The position numbers and the translations under genes are program-made. The notes below the pieces were generated by a model, which saw nothing but the letters and a program-made list of their open reading frames with translations, was not told the DNA's origin and searched no databases. From an uncultured Rikenellaceae bacterium (lineage in GTDB: Bacteria; Bacteroidota; Bacteroidia; Bacteroidales; VadinHA17), in assembly GCA_964638545.1 (NCBI GenBank), contig CAZXAM010000005.1, forward strand, positions 30,847-94,846: DNA of 64,000 nucleotides, written 5' to 3'. Below are positions 48,252 to 59,403 of the stretch, piece by piece (within the stretch, counting starts at the first letter, position 1; every line of letters starts with the position of its first letter).

Positions 48252-49642
48252 CGTTTGTTCTCTTCCTTTAATTTATGCTCAATAGGCTCAACGAGCCTGT
48301 CGATATCTCCGGCACCAATAGTAAGAAGCACATCCAGATTGTGCCGGTCAAGATTCCCCAGAACATCTTTCATTTCGAGAAGCTTCTTGTTTCCGTTTTT
48401 CATCCTTTGCAGGATCATCTCCGAGGAAACTCCGGCAATTGGCTCTTCCCTGGCAGGATAAATCGGCAGAAGGATAACCTCATTCAGTTCGTCCAGTATC
48501 TTTGCAAATCCATCGGCGTGATCGCGTGTCCGGGTAAAAAGATGAGGCTGGAATATCGCAGTGATTTTCCTGTCTCCAAAATACTCCCTTACCGAAACAA
48601 GAAATGCATTAATCTCTTCAGGATGGTGGGCGTAATCATCGACATAAGTAAGTCCGGGCATGTTTATCCTGATATCAAAACGTCTTCTTACACCCTGAAA
48701 CTGCAGTGTGGCTTTTCTTATCTCTTTTTCACTTACCCCGCAGTTGAGAGCTACAGCAATTGCTGCAGTGAGGTTTTCTATGTTTATTATGCCGGGAAAA
48801 GGAAAATGAATATCCCTTAACGTACTTTCAGGAGTCTTCAATGAAAATATGTAATGATCCCTTTTATTTTCTATGTCGAAATAATAGTAGTCGGCTGCCT
48901 TGTCGCTTCCATAGGTAAAGCATCTGACTCCTTCCGGACACCGGATATGACTCCTGATGGCATTATTATATATAAGTATGCCTCCTTCCCTTATTTTTTC
49001 GCAAAATTCATTGTATGCCGCGATCATCGATTCATGTGAGCCATATATCTCCAGGTGATCAGGATCGACCGAAGTGACAACTGCAATGAAGGGACAGAGT
49101 CGGTGAAACGAGCGGTCATATTCATCAGCTTCAATAACCGTATACCTGCTGTGACCGGTAACGAGGTTTGAATTATAGTTCTTCGATATCCCGCCAAGGA
49201 ATGCCGAGCAGTCAACTGCCGACTGCTTCAAAAGATGCGCGGTCATGGTGGAGACTGTTGTCTTTCCATGAGTGCCGGCTACCGCTATCGTATCGGTTTC
49301 TGCCGAGATGGATCCCAGAACTTCTGATCTCTTGAATACCCTGAAGCCGTTGCTCCTGAAGTATTCCATTATCCTGCTTTTTTCAGGGATTGCAGGAGTA
49401 TAGACAACAATTACGTCATGCTTGTTTGCAGGATCTTTAAAGAACAGAGGAACAGATTCTGTTTCATCCGCGAACGAAATATTACAACCGGCTCCGGCCA
49501 GAGTGTCGGTTAGCCTGGTTTGGGAACGGTCATATCCTGATACCATATATCCGTTCCCTGCAAAATAAAGTGCAAGGGAACTCATGCCGATTCCTCCGAT
49601 GCCGACAAAATAAAATCCTTTGACGTGTTCCAGATCGATCAT
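48248..49642 (-). CDS. murC: UDP-N-acetylmuramate--L-alanine ligase
   Basis: A 464-aa ORF with the Mur ligase P-loop VAGTHGKTTVSTM, the N-terminal FVGIGGIGMS motif, and dcw context. Confidence 0.9.
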   Translation of the reverse strand: MIDLEHVKGFYFVGIGGIGMSSLALYFAGNGYMVSGYDRSQTRLTDTLAGAGCNISFADETESVPLFFKDPANKHDVIVVYTPAIPEKSRIMEYFRSNGFRVFKRSEVLGSISAETDTIAVAGTHGKTTVSTMTAHLLKQSAVDCSAFLGGISKNYNSNLVTGHSRYTVIEADEYDRSFHRLCPFIAVVTSVDPDHLEIYGSHESMIAAYNEFCEKIREGGILIYNNAIRSHIRCPEGVRCFTYGSDKAADYYYFDIENKRDHYIFSLKTPESTLRDIHFPFPGIINIENLTAAIAVALNCGVSEKEIRKATLQFQGVRRRFDIRINMPGLTYVDDYAHHPEEINAFLVSVREYFGDRKITAIFQPHLFTRTRDHADGFAKILDELNEVILLPIYPAREEPIAGVSSEMILQRMKNGNKKLLEMKDVLGNLDRHNLDVLLTIGAGDIDRLVEPIEHKLKEENKR

Positions 49643-50751
49643 TTGCCTGCCAGCTTTAATATTTCATCTGCAATTCTTGCATCAGCATCTCTGTCGGCCA
49701 TCTTTGAAATATTGGCTGACAACGACTTCTTCTCCTGTTCGTTTGAAATAAGCTTTATTGCCTCATCCACGAGTATCCTTACCGCTTCCGTATCCTTTAT
49801 CATCACAGCAGCGTTTTTGTAGGTAAGCGCCAGTGCATTCCTTGTCTGGTGATCTTCGGCAACGTTAGGCGATGGAACGAGTATCACCGGCTTGCCTACC
49901 AGGCACAGTTCCGAGATTGTCCCTGCTCCTGCTCTTGAGACAATAATATCGGCTGCTGCAAAGGCATAGTCCATCCGGTTTATAAAAGGATGCACCGATA
50001 TATTCTTAGCTCCTGCACGGGCAACTGTTCCGGACATTTCCTCAAAATAATTCTTCCCTGTCTGCCACAGCCACTGGCAACCGGACGTTGCAACTTTGCC
50101 GATATTCTCAGAAATACTCCTGTTAATTGTTCCGGCGCCGAGAGAGCCTCCCAGGACCAGTATCACCGGTTTTTCCTGATTAAGTCTGAAAAATACGAGG
50201 GCTTCTTTGTGATAGTTATCCAGATTGTCAAAATTCTGCCGTACAGGGTTACCAGTCTTGATTATTTTGGATGCCGGGAAATACTTTTCCATCCCGTCAT
50301 AGGCAACACATATCACTGATGCCTTCCGCGCCAGGAGCTTATTGGTAATCCCGGCATAGCTGTTCTGTTCCTGTATCAGCATCGGTATCCCCATTTTCCC
50401 GGCTTGCCTCAAAATCGGTCCGCTGGCATAACCTCCCACACCAACAACTACATCGGGGTGGAAATCAGATATTATCCTGCGTGCTATGAAAAGGCTTGTT
50501 ACAAGCTTCCAGAGAACAACAAAGTTCTTTGGAGTCAGGCTTCTGAAAAATCCTGCCACAGGAAGACCCACTATTTTATATCCTGCTGCAGGAACTTTTT
50601 CCATTTCCATCCTTCCTTCAGCGCCAACAAAAAGGATCTCTGTCGCAGGATCAATTCTCCTGAGGGCATTGGCTACGGAAATGGCAGGGAAAACATGACC
50701 TCCCGTACCGCCTCCGCTGATAATGATCCTTTTAGGCTTTTGCTGATTCAT
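49639..50751 (-). CDS. murG: undecaprenyldiphospho-muramoylpentapeptide beta-N-acetylglucosaminyltransferase
   Basis: It has the motif IIISGGGTGGHVFPAISVA. The likely start is M22 of the track ORF (ATG at 50751). The longer 50814 start would overlap ftsW by 83 nt. Confidence 0.9.
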   Translation of the reverse strand: MNQQKPKRIIISGGGTGGHVFPAISVANALRRIDPATEILFVGAEGRMEMEKVPAAGYKIVGLPVAGFFRSLTPKNFVVLWKLVTSLFIARRIISDFHPDVVVGVGGYASGPILRQAGKMGIPMLIQEQNSYAGITNKLLARKASVICVAYDGMEKYFPASKIIKTGNPVRQNFDNLDNYHKEALVFFRLNQEKPVILVLGGSLGAGTINRSISENIGKVATSGCQWLWQTGKNYFEEMSGTVARAGAKNISVHPFINRMDYAFAAADIIVSRAGAGTISELCLVGKPVILVPSPNVAEDHQTRNALALTYKNAAVMIKDTEAVRILVDEAIKLISNEQEKKSLSANISKMADRDADARIADEILKLAGK

Positions 50752-51943
50752 AGATCTTGTCTCCTTCTTCAAGTGTATCCTCCACAGGAAGCTCTTCCTT
50801 CCTGATCTTTGCATTTACCACCCTGCTTACGCTGAGAATTGCCCCTATCGAAAAGCTCATTATAAGAACTGATGTTCTCCCCCAACTGACCATCGGGAGA
50901 GTTTGCCCTGTCACAGGGAAGAGTCCGACAGCTACAAGCATATTCAGGAATGCCTGAGCCACTATCATGACAATAAGCCCAAGTACAAGGAATGCAGGAA
51001 ACGCGGTCTCGCATTTCTTTGCTATTGTCACTCCCCTGAATAAAAGTATCAGATACGCCAATAATAGAGGTATCGCTCCCAGGAACAACCCGTATTCTTC
51101 AATTATTATGGCAAAGATGAAATCAGAATTTGATTGCGGCAGCATATTCCTCTGGGTGCTTCTTCCCGGGGCTTTGCCAAAAAGACCTCCGGTGGAAATG
51201 GCTATTTTTGCCTGGTTTGCCTGGTAATCTCCGTCTTCATCAGCCTGGCCTGAGAAGTAATGCTCTATCCTGTTTTTCCAGACCTGTACCCTGTTGTCAT
51301 CAGAAACCCAGGTCAGCACCAGCGCAAAGAGGACGACCCCAACCACGGCCATGCCGGCATATGCAAAAAGGAACTTCATAGGAACCCTTCCGATGAAAAG
51401 AATTATCAGGCACACGCCGAAGATCATCATTGCTGTGGAAAGGTTCTCAGGCATTATAAGCACGCAGATAACTGCAATTGGTATCATGAAGAGCTTTGTA
51501 ACCAAAAGAAAATTATGAAGCTCATCCTGGTATTTCGAAAGTGTACGTGCCAGGTAAATTACCAGAGCCACTTTGGCAACATCGGATGTCTGAAGCTTGA
51601 ACCCTGTACCCGGTATGACGAGCCACCTTGTTGCCTCGTTGACCCTGGATCCGAATAAAAGAGTCAGAATAAGCAAACCGGCTGAGATAATAAGGAATAA
51701 ACCGGCCATCGAATAATAGATCCTGTAGGGGAGGTATGAGACCACGACTATTATTCCCAGGCTTATTATCAGCCAGATGAACTGGGTTCTGAGAAAATAT
51801 GTTGTATTTCCTCCATAGCTCCTGAAAGCAACACCCACGGAAGAACTGTAAACTGCAAGAAGAGAATAGATCATAAAAAGGACAACAAGACCCCATATTG
51901 CCCTGTCTCCTTTAAACGTCCTTGTCAGCCACCCCTTCTCCAT
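50732..51943 (-). CDS. ftsW: FtsW/RodA/SpoVE-family peptidoglycan glycosyltransferase (FtsW by context)
   Basis: A 403-aa SEDS-type polytopic membrane protein with QPSE-like LQTSDVAK and the DFIFAII motif, in dcw position between murD and murG. Confidence 0.9.
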   Translation of the reverse strand: MEKGWLTRTFKGDRAIWGLVVLFMIYSLLAVYSSSVGVAFRSYGGNTTYFLRTQFIWLIISLGIIVVVSYLPYRIYYSMAGLFLIISAGLLILTLLFGSRVNEATRWLVIPGTGFKLQTSDVAKVALVIYLARTLSKYQDELHNFLLVTKLFMIPIAVICVLIMPENLSTAMMIFGVCLIILFIGRVPMKFLFAYAGMAVVGVVLFALVLTWVSDDNRVQVWKNRIEHYFSGQADEDGDYQANQAKIAISTGGLFGKAPGRSTQRNMLPQSNSDFIFAIIIEEYGLFLGAIPLLLAYLILLFRGVTIAKKCETAFPAFLVLGLIVMIVAQAFLNMLVAVGLFPVTGQTLPMVSWGRTSVLIMSFSIGAILSVSRVVNAKIRKEELPVEDTLEEGDKIYESAKA

Positions 51944-51954
51944 CCTGTCAATCC

Positions 51955-53292
51955 TTAAAGGTTTCTTACAGCTGCTTTAAACTGGCGTCCCCTGTCCTCA
52001 TAATTATTGAAAAGGTCGAAGCTTGCGCAGGCAGGGGACAATAGAACTGTTTCCCCCTTTTTTGCAAGATAGTAAGATGATCTAACCGCCTCTTCCATAG
52101 AAACCGTTTCGACGATCGTCGGCACTTTGTCACCAAAGGCCTCTATGATCTTCTTGTTATCTCTGCCGAGACAAACGACCGCTTTAACTTTTTGCTTCAC
52201 GACCGGAAAGAGCTCTGAATAATCATTGCCCTTATCGACTCCGCCAACAATCCATATCACATCAGTTTCCATGCATTCCAGGGCGTACCATGTAGAGTTG
52301 ACGTTGGTCGCCTTGGAGTCGTTGATAAAGCTGATGCCGCTGACTTTTATCACCGGTTCAAGCCGGTGCTCAACTCCCTGGAAATCGGCAAGACTTTCCC
52401 TGATGATATCCTTGCGGATATTCAGAACTTTAGCAGCAATGGCTGCAGCCATTGAATTGTAAGTGTTGTGACGGCCTTTCAGCGCCAGTTCATGAATGGA
52501 CATAAGGTTGGTTTTATTTGGGTAATCAATTACTAATTCCTCGTTCTCTATGTAAGCGGTCATATTTTCAGCAGAAGTATCGGAAAAGGGAAGCAGAGTT
52601 GCTTCATACGATCTCTTTAAAAGCTCAGCCCTGATTATCGGATCATCAGCCCAGTAAATAAGGAATTCTGATTTTGTCTGGTTCTGTGCTACTCTCATTT
52701 TTGAGTCGATATAATTCTGAAGATTGTGGTCATACCTGTCGAGATGGTCAGGAGTGATATTCATAAGTACTGCTATGTCGGCCCTGAATTCGTACATCCC
52801 GTCGAGCTGAAAACTGCTGAGCTCAATAACATAGTAGTCATACCCACCTTCTGCAACTGCCAGTGCAAAACTGTTCCCGACATTGCCGGTCATTGCAACT
52901 TTTTTCCCCGCTTTCTGCAGAATATGATAAATCAGGTTCGTAACTGTGGTTTTACCGTTACTGCCGGTAACACAGATTTTTTTCCCTTCTGCATATCTGC
53001 CCGCAAATTCAATTTCCGAGATGACAGGAATGCCTTTGTTTCTCAACATTGTAATGATGGGTGCATCTTCCCTGATTCCGGGGCTCTTTATTACCTCATC
53101 GGCTGAAAGGACAATCTCCCCGGTGTGACGACCTTCCTCCCACTCGATCTTATGTTCTTCAAGTACCTTCCTGTACTTTTCCTTAACCGATCCCATATCG
53201 GAGACAAAAACATTAAAACCCTTCCTGAGCGCCAGAACAGCTGATCCTGTACCGCTTTCACCTGCTCCCAGTATTACAATCTTCTTCTTCAT
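51955..53292 (-). CDS. murD: UDP-N-acetylmuramoylalanine--D-glutamate ligase
   Basis: A 445-aa ORF with the N-terminal ILGAGESG motif, the P-loop VTGSNGKTTV, and dcw context. Confidence 0.9.
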   Translation of the reverse strand: MKKKIVILGAGESGTGSAVLALRKGFNVFVSDMGSVKEKYRKVLEEHKIEWEEGRHTGEIVLSADEVIKSPGIREDAPIITMLRNKGIPVISEIEFAGRYAEGKKICVTGSNGKTTVTNLIYHILQKAGKKVAMTGNVGNSFALAVAEGGYDYYVIELSSFQLDGMYEFRADIAVLMNITPDHLDRYDHNLQNYIDSKMRVAQNQTKSEFLIYWADDPIIRAELLKRSYEATLLPFSDTSAENMTAYIENEELVIDYPNKTNLMSIHELALKGRHNTYNSMAAAIAAKVLNIRKDIIRESLADFQGVEHRLEPVIKVSGISFINDSKATNVNSTWYALECMETDVIWIVGGVDKGNDYSELFPVVKQKVKAVVCLGRDNKKIIEAFGDKVPTIVETVSMEEAVRSSYYLAKKGETVLLSPACASFDLFNNYEDRGRQFKAAVRNL

Positions 53293-53296
53293 TGTC

Positions 53297-54553
53297 TTAC
53301 CTCATCTTGAGCGTCACTATGCTAATCACGGCAAGAATTATTGCCACGATCCAGAACCGTGTGACTATTTTCGGTTCCGGAAATCCTTTTTTCTGATAAT
53401 GATGATGCAGCGGCGCCATTAGGAAAATCCTGCGCCCTGTTCCATATTTTCTCTTAGTTCTCTTAAACCAGGCAACCTGTAGTACTACCGATAGATTCTC
53501 GACAAGGAAAATACCGCACAGAATGGGTATCAGAAGTTCTTTCCTGATCACGATCGCAAAGACAGCGATTATCCCTCCCAGCGCCAGTGACCCGGTATCG
53601 CCCATGAATACCTGGGCAGGGAAAGAATTATACCAGAGAAAGCCGATAGTGGCTCCTATCATTGAAGCGGCAAATATCACGAGTTCCTCGGAATGAGGAA
53701 TGAACATTATATTAAGGTAGTCGGCGTAAATAATATTGCTCGAGACATAAGCCAGTATTGCCAGGGCTGTTCCTATTATAGCAGACGTTCCGGTAGCCAG
53801 GCCGTCAAGTCCGTCGGTAAGGTTTGCACCATTCGACACTGAAGTGATCACGAGTATTACAATCAGAACAAAGACGACCCAGGTCCATGGTTTACGGTTA
53901 TCCTTGCCAATGAATCCTACCAGCCATGAATAATCGAACTCGTTATTCTTGACGAAGGGAATAGTAGTTTTTACTGAGCTCTTGTCGGCAATGTAGCCGG
54001 GAGATTCAATTTCTTCAACAGTCTCCTCAACCAGTTCATTTTTTTCCCTTAGGCTCATTCCCGTAACATTCGGCGTCTCGACAGTAACCGCCTCATCGCT
54101 CAGGAAAAGAGTAAGTGCTATTACAAGCCCGAGAAAAAACTGTCCCAATATCTTGAATCGCCCGGCCAGTCCTTCCTTGTTCTTTCTGAAAATTTTAATA
54201 TAGTCATCGACAAACCCTATGAACCCAAGCCATACGGTTGTTATAAGCATCAGGATGACATAAACATTATTGAGCTTGGCAAACAACAGTGTCGGGATTA
54301 TTATAGAAGCAAGAATTATTATTCCTCCCATTGATGGAGTTCCCTTCTTCTGGTACTGGCCTTCAAGACCCAGATCCCTGACAACTTCCCCAACCTGTTT
54401 TTTCTGGAGGAAATTTATTATTCTCCTTCCTATAAGAAGTGAAATAATAAGAGAAGTGATAACCGCCGCTGCAGACCGGAATGAAATGTAGGAAAAAACC
54501 CCTGCCCCCGGGAAATTAAGTTTGTCAAGATATTGAAATAAATAGTAGAGCAT
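53297..54553 (-). CDS. mraY: phospho-N-acetylmuramoyl-pentapeptide-transferase
   Basis: A 418-aa ORF with the motifs [31 protein letters not shown] and APLHHH. Confidence 0.95.
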   Translation of the reverse strand: MLYYLFQYLDKLNFPGAGVFSYISFRSAAAVITSLIISLLIGRRIINFLQKKQVGEVVRDLGLEGQYQKKGTPSMGGIIILASIIIPTLLFAKLNNVYVILMLITTVWLGFIGFVDDYIKIFRKNKEGLAGRFKILGQFFLGLVIALTLFLSDEAVTVETPNVTGMSLREKNELVEETVEEIESPGYIADKSSVKTTIPFVKNNEFDYSWLVGFIGKDNRKPWTWVVFVLIVILVITSVSNGANLTDGLDGLATGTSAIIGTALAILAYVSSNIIYADYLNIMFIPHSEELVIFAASMIGATIGFLWYNSFPAQVFMGDTGSLALGGIIAVFAIVIRKELLIPILCGIFLVENLSVVLQVAWFKRTKRKYGTGRRIFLMAPLHHHYQKKGFPEPKIVTRFWIVAIILAVISIVTLKMR

Positions 54554-54565
54554 CCCTTCCTTATT

Positions 54566-56023
54566 TTATCTCTGTAAAAATGCTTTTCTGATCTCTTCCC
54601 TGTCATCGAAATGGTGCCTTACACCATTGATCTCCTGGTAAGGCTCATGGCCTTTACCGGCGATCAGTATCACATCGCCGGGAGCGGACATCATAACTGC
54701 AGTCCTTATGGCTTCCCTCCTGTCGGCTATCCTGAGTGTTTTCCTTTTCATTTCGGTAGTCAATCCTGCTTCCATATCATCAAGGATAGTCTCAGGATTC
54801 TCTGTCCTGGGATTATCTGATGTCAGGATGACTTTTGTGCTTCCCTCTGCAGAAATGGCAGCCATTTTCGGCCTCTTGGTCTTATCGCGGTCGCCACCGG
54901 CTCCAACTACAGTGATCAGCTGGATGCCTGCTTTCCTGACCTTATTGAGAGTCCCGATCACGTTGACCAGAGCATCGGGGGTATGAGCATAATCGACTAT
55001 GCCGGTAATGCCGTTTCCGGACCTGATGACTTCCATCCTTCCTGCAACCGGCGTAAGACTGCTGAGGATAGTCAGGGCTTCTTTTTTATCTGCACCCAAA
55101 AGAATTGAAGCTCCAAATACAGCAAGCAGGTTGGAGGCATTATAGTCGCCGACGAACCTTGTCCATACTTCTTCATCCTGGATTTTCAATCCCATCCCTT
55201 CAAAGCTCTGTTCAATTATCCTGCATCTGAAATCAGCCATACCTCTTACTGAAAATGTATGATGCCGGGCTTTACAGTTCTGCAGCATTACCTTTCCATT
55301 CCTGTCATCAGCATTTACCAGTGCAAAAACTTCTTGCGGCAAAGAATCGAACCAGCTTTTCTTTGCTGCGAGATAATTTTCGAAAGTCTTGTGATAATCG
55401 AGATGATCGTGGGTTAGATTCGTAAATATCCCTCCTGCAAACACAAGTCCTGCAATACGCTGCTGATGAACCGCATGAGAGCTTACTTCCATGAACGCAT
55501 AGGAGCATCCTGCGGTAATCATCTCCGCCAGCGTCCTGTTGAGCTGAACAGGATCAGGGGTGGTATGGGTCGCCGGCATTTCCCGGTCGGCTATGAAATT
55601 GCATACAGTTGAAAAGAGACCACAACTGTAACCAAGCCCGGAGAACATCTTGTACAGTAAAGTGGCTATTGTTGTTTTTCCGTTAGTCCCTGTAACCCCC
55701 ACCAGCTTAAGTTGTGAGGAAGGATTTCCGTAAAAATTTGATGATGCAATTCCAAGCGCTTTGGCAGAGTCTTCTGTTCGTATCCAGGAAATATCCTTAT
55801 CCGGATCTCCCGGGATGGTTTCGCAGATCACAGCTGACGCACCGGCTTTTACGGCCATTTTTATAAAATCATGGCCGTCACTTTTTGAACCTCTTACAGC
55901 AACGAACAGAGAATCCTTTGTCACACTGCGGGAATCAAAAGTGATATTTTCAATTTGCCTTTCCCTGTCGCCGGAGAAAGAGTTAACGACTATACCTGAC
56001 AATATTTTTCCCAGCTCCATCAT
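54566..56023 (-). CDS. murE: UDP-N-acetylmuramoyl-L-alanyl-D-glutamate--2,6-diaminopimelate ligase
   Basis: A 485-aa ORF with the P-loop VTGTNGKTT and the DNPR motif (TSDNPRTE) typical of meso-DAP-adding MurE. Confidence 0.9.
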   Translation of the reverse strand: MMELGKILSGIVVNSFSGDRERQIENITFDSRSVTKDSLFVAVRGSKSDGHDFIKMAVKAGASAVICETIPGDPDKDISWIRTEDSAKALGIASSNFYGNPSSQLKLVGVTGTNGKTTIATLLYKMFSGLGYSCGLFSTVCNFIADREMPATHTTPDPVQLNRTLAEMITAGCSYAFMEVSSHAVHQQRIAGLVFAGGIFTNLTHDHLDYHKTFENYLAAKKSWFDSLPQEVFALVNADDRNGKVMLQNCKARHHTFSVRGMADFRCRIIEQSFEGMGLKIQDEEVWTRFVGDYNASNLLAVFGASILLGADKKEALTILSSLTPVAGRMEVIRSGNGITGIVDYAHTPDALVNVIGTLNKVRKAGIQLITVVGAGGDRDKTKRPKMAAISAEGSTKVILTSDNPRTENPETILDDMEAGLTTEMKRKTLRIADRREAIRTAVMMSAPGDVILIAGKGHEPYQEINGVRHHFDDREEIRKAFLQR

Positions 56024-56024
56024 A

Positions 56025-58139
56025 TCATATATTCATTTCCAGCGAGACTACCTGTCCTTCAAAATATCTTGCTCCGTGCTCAGGGGATTGCCTCATTACT
56101 TTGCCTTTTCCGCTGAATTTCACCTTGTACCCTGAATTCTCAAGAAGGTACATAGCATCCCTTAGGCTCATTCCGCGAACATCCGGGACAAGCCCTTTTT
56201 TCAGGTTCATCCCAACCAGCCTTATTGTATCACCGCTTTCCCTGGTTTTAACCCAATCGCTGGTTGCCGTCCGCCGGTATTTTACGTCGAGCTTACGGAG
56301 CACATTGTTTATGTCCGGTCTGAATCCATTTCCTGCTTCGGGCGCTGCCTGATTTCTGCTGACAGCTGCTCCTGTCTTAAAATCCCTGAAGAAGTTGGTT
56401 GCATAGAGCTTATCGGAAATTTCCCTGAAGACGGAACCTGCCACTATGTTGCCGTAATAGACACCGTTCGACGGGGCATTTACGACCACAATGCACGAAT
56501 AGAGAGGATTTTCTGCAGGAAAATACCCCACAAAAGAAGCCTGGTATGAAATGCTTGCGCCTGATCTGTAGCCGGTTGTGCCTTTTGCTATCTGGGCTGT
56601 ACCTGTCTTCCCGGCTATTTTGTAGTTGGCATTCCTGAGGTTTACAGCTGTGCCATGTTCTACAACGCCTTCCATCATTTTCTTTGCTTTCCTGATGGTG
56701 GAGCGTGAAGCCATCGAATTGATTATTACATCAGTTTCATATCTTCTGACAGTGATCCCGTTGCGTACCACCGAAGTCACGAACCTGGGTTTCATCATCT
56801 TCCCGTCGTTTGCAACACCGTTATAAAATGTAAGTATCTGAAGCGGGGTAAGCTGGACCTCATATCCGTGCGACATCATGGGCAATGACAGCCCGGACCA
56901 GAGCTTGTCTCCGGGATACCTTATGAGAGGCGTTCCTTCTCCCTTTATCTGGAGATCAAGTTTCTCGTTAAGCTTCATCGCATAGAGCCTGTTAACAAAG
57001 TCTTTTGGAGAATCCTTGTAATGCTGCCAGATGATCTTTGCCGTGCCGACATTGGAAGATTTTTCAAAGACCTGATTTACAGTAAGCTTGCCATAACCCT
57101 CCTCCCTGGTATCTCTGATCACTTTATTATAGTACTTAACACTACCTGTACCGGTATCCACAATATCTCCGGTATCTATCACTCCGTCCTCGAGAGCTGC
57201 CATGAGGGATGGCAGTTTGAATGTCGATCCTGGTTCGGTGCTTTCACCTATAGCGTAATTATATGTTTCGTGATAAGTCCCGTTGTCGCTTTGTTCAAGG
57301 TTGGCAATTGCCCTTATATCACCTGTTTCCACCTCCATAACCACTGCACAACCATGGTGGGCATTGTGGTTCTTCAACTGGCTCATGAGCGCAGACGTTG
57401 CAACATCCTGAAGATCAATATCTATTGTAGTGACGATATCGTTTCCGTCTCTTGGTTCCACACTGCTGGCATCGTTTATGGTTATCCAGTCGCCACCGGT
57501 GAGGCGCTGTTTGACAACAACGCCATTTTTGCCTCCCAGTTCCTTGTTGAATGATCCTTCGATACCCACTTCTGTTCCTTCGGCGCCCTGATTAAGGTAA
57601 CCTATGGTTCGGGAAGCCAGCTCCATATTGGGCAGAATCCGGCGGTTCTCAGGTTGTGCCATCAATCCGCCCCGGTACTGACCCTCCCTGAATATGGGCA
57701 GCTCCCTCAGTTTCTTGAGAGTCTCATAATCTACTCTCCTCTTAATGAGAAAATATCTGTCCCCTCTCTTTCTTGCTTCAGTAATCACAGATTTCCAGCC
57801 GTCAGCAGATCTCACCCCGAGATACTTTGCCAGTCCTGAGGAGAGTCCGTTGATCCCATTCGACCAGGTTTTTGCCGACATGCCTGTGCTCCTGGTATCC
57901 ATATAGATCGTGTAATAGGGTACCGAGCTTGCCAGAAGTCGCCCGTCGTGAGCAAGAATGTCTCCCCTGTTTGCCGGCATCTCTGTGGTTGTATATACAT
58001 ACCTCTCTGCCATGGCTGACCATTTGCCATGCTGAACTGTCTGGATGAACAATATCCGGACAAGTATTGCAAGAGCAACAACAGCAACTGCTATGTACAC
58101 AATACCCGTCCGCCACACTATTTCATCCCTTACTGCCAT
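56025..58139 (-). CDS. ftsI: class B penicillin-binding protein (FtsI/PBP3-like) with a C-terminal PASTA domain
   Basis: A 704-aa ORF with an N-terminal TM and the transpeptidase motifs STFK, SSN and KTGT. The C-terminal ~65 aa (PDVRGMSLRDAMYLLENSGYKVKFSGKGKVMRQSPEHGARYFEGQVVSLEM) fit the PASTA consensus. Confidence 0.9.
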   Translation of the reverse strand: MAVRDEIVWRTGIVYIAVAVVALAILVRILFIQTVQHGKWSAMAERYVYTTTEMPANRGDILAHDGRLLASSVPYYTIYMDTRSTGMSAKTWSNGINGLSSGLAKYLGVRSADGWKSVITEARKRGDRYFLIKRRVDYETLKKLRELPIFREGQYRGGLMAQPENRRILPNMELASRTIGYLNQGAEGTEVGIEGSFNKELGGKNGVVVKQRLTGGDWITINDASSVEPRDGNDIVTTIDIDLQDVATSALMSQLKNHNAHHGCAVVMEVETGDIRAIANLEQSDNGTYHETYNYAIGESTEPGSTFKLPSLMAALEDGVIDTGDIVDTGTGSVKYYNKVIRDTREEGYGKLTVNQVFEKSSNVGTAKIIWQHYKDSPKDFVNRLYAMKLNEKLDLQIKGEGTPLIRYPGDKLWSGLSLPMMSHGYEVQLTPLQILTFYNGVANDGKMMKPRFVTSVVRNGITVRRYETDVIINSMASRSTIRKAKKMMEGVVEHGTAVNLRNANYKIAGKTGTAQIAKGTTGYRSGASISYQASFVGYFPAENPLYSCIVVVNAPSNGVYYGNIVAGSVFREISDKLYATNFFRDFKTGAAVSRNQAAPEAGNGFRPDINNVLRKLDVKYRRTATSDWVKTRESGDTIRLVGMNLKKGLVPDVRGMSLRDAMYLLENSGYKVKFSGKGKVMRQSPEHGARYFEGQVVSLEMNI

Positions 58140-58143
58140 CAGA

Positions 58144-58503
58144 TTATTCTTTGCTTACCAGAAGTTTATATGGAGGAACTTTAAGCTCCTCCAGGTTCAG
58201 TCCTTTTTGTTTCACCAGCTTAAAAACCTCCGATTGCCTGCTCAGGTACATCAGGTCTGCCGATGTTGACAGCGATTCAGCCCTCAGTTCTTTAACCTCA
58301 CGCTGGATCCGTGTCATTTCCCTTGTGATCTTTTCGGCATGAAACCTGTTGCCTATATAGATCGCTGCGAGAAGGGTAAGAAGCAGAATATACCATAGGT
58401 TTTTCAGAATGATCTTTTCTGAAACCATGGTTCCGCTCAGAAGCTCTTTTAGGAAACTCCCTGACTTTTGTCCGCTTTTGCCGTCTGCTTTTTTTCCTTC
58501 CAT
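58144..58503 (-). CDS. ftsL: FtsL-like cell division protein
   Basis: A 119-aa ORF with one TM helix followed by a coiled coil, in the conserved slot between rsmH and ftsI. Confidence 0.7.
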   Translation of the reverse strand: MEGKKADGKSGQKSGSFLKELLSGTMVSEKIILKNLWYILLLTLLAAIYIGNRFHAEKITREMTRIQREVKELRAESLSTSADLMYLSRQSEVFKLVKQKGLNLEELKVPPYKLLVSKE

Positions 58504-58506
58504 CCC

Positions 58507-59403
58507 TCAGATTTTTTCTGCAATCCTCAGTCGTGCGCTGCGCGATCTGTTGTTTACCGCTATCTCTGCTTCTCCCGGAGTTACGCCCCTCTTTGCAAGC
58601 ACCCTGAAAGGAGTTTCAGTATTTCCGTAAAAATCCTTTTTGTTGTCTCCCTCGAAATTTCCGGACCTCATAAAATTCTTCACAATCCTGTCTTCAAGCG
58701 AATGGTAGGTTATCACCACGAGTCTTCCCCCTTTATTCAGCATCTCGAGCGCCTGGATAAGCATCTCCTTCAGGTAGTCGATCTCATGATTGACTGCAAT
58801 GCGCAATGATTGAAATACCCGGGCATAGAACTTATTTTCCTGTCTTGCCGGGGCAAGCATGCTGATCGCCCCGACAAGATCGTCAGCTGTTGTTAACGGT
58901 TTTAGTGAACGCGCTGCTGCTATATTCCTGGCTATCCTCCGGGAATTAGTAAGCTCCCCGTAATTGTAAAAGATATCTGCCAGTAGTGATTCATCGGCGC
59001 TATTGATGAATGAAGCGGCAGTCTGGGAGCTTCGCCTGCTCATTCTCATATCGAGAGGAGCATCGTGGCGGAAAGTGAATCCCCTCTGAACTTCATCAAA
59101 CTGATGGAAAGAGACGCCGAGATCTGCAATCAGTCCGTCGATCGACTTAATGCCGTTGAACAAAAGATTGTTCTTAAGGAAGCGGAAATTCTGATCCAGG
59201 AAAATGAACCTTTCGTCAGCAGGGATATTAAGTTTAACATCTTCATCCTGATCAAATGCAATAAGCTTTCCTCTTCTCAGCCTTTTAAGAATTTCCATCG
59301 AATGCCCTCCGCCACCGAATGTAGCGTCGACATATATCCCGTCAGGCCGGATATTCAGTCCCTCAATACTCTCAGCCAGCAATGCAGGAATATGGTAAGC
59401 CAT
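58507..59403 (-). CDS. rsmH: 16S rRNA (cytosine1402-N4)-methyltransferase
   Basis: A 298-aa ORF with the SAM-binding motif YVDATFGGGGHS, DLGVSFHQFD and the YHSLEDRIVK motif. Confidence 0.95.
   Translation of the reverse strand: MAYHIPALLAESIEGLNIRPDGIYVDATFGGGGHSMEILKRLRRGKLIAFDQDEDVKLNIPADERFIFLDQNFRFLKNNLLFNGIKSIDGLIADLGVSFHQFDEVQRGFTFRHDAPLDMRMSRRSSQTAASFINSADESLLADIFYNYGELTNSRRIARNIAAARSLKPLTTADDLVGAISMLAPARQENKFYARVFQSLRIAVNHEIDYLKEMLIQALEMLNKGGRLVVITYHSLEDRIVKNFMRSGNFEGDNKKDFYGNTETPFRVLAKRGVTPGEAEIAVNNRSRSARLRIAEKI

Noticed and set aside
50752-50814. N-terminal extensions proposed by the ORF track for murG (start 50814), the M28 peptidase (35408), the LolE-like permease (38971) and the small secreted protein (27608).
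   Set aside because: The extensions precede obvious native N-termini (the Rossmann GGGTGGH motif, or signal peptides). They would overlap neighbouring genes or promoter boxes, so I preferred the internal ATG codons.
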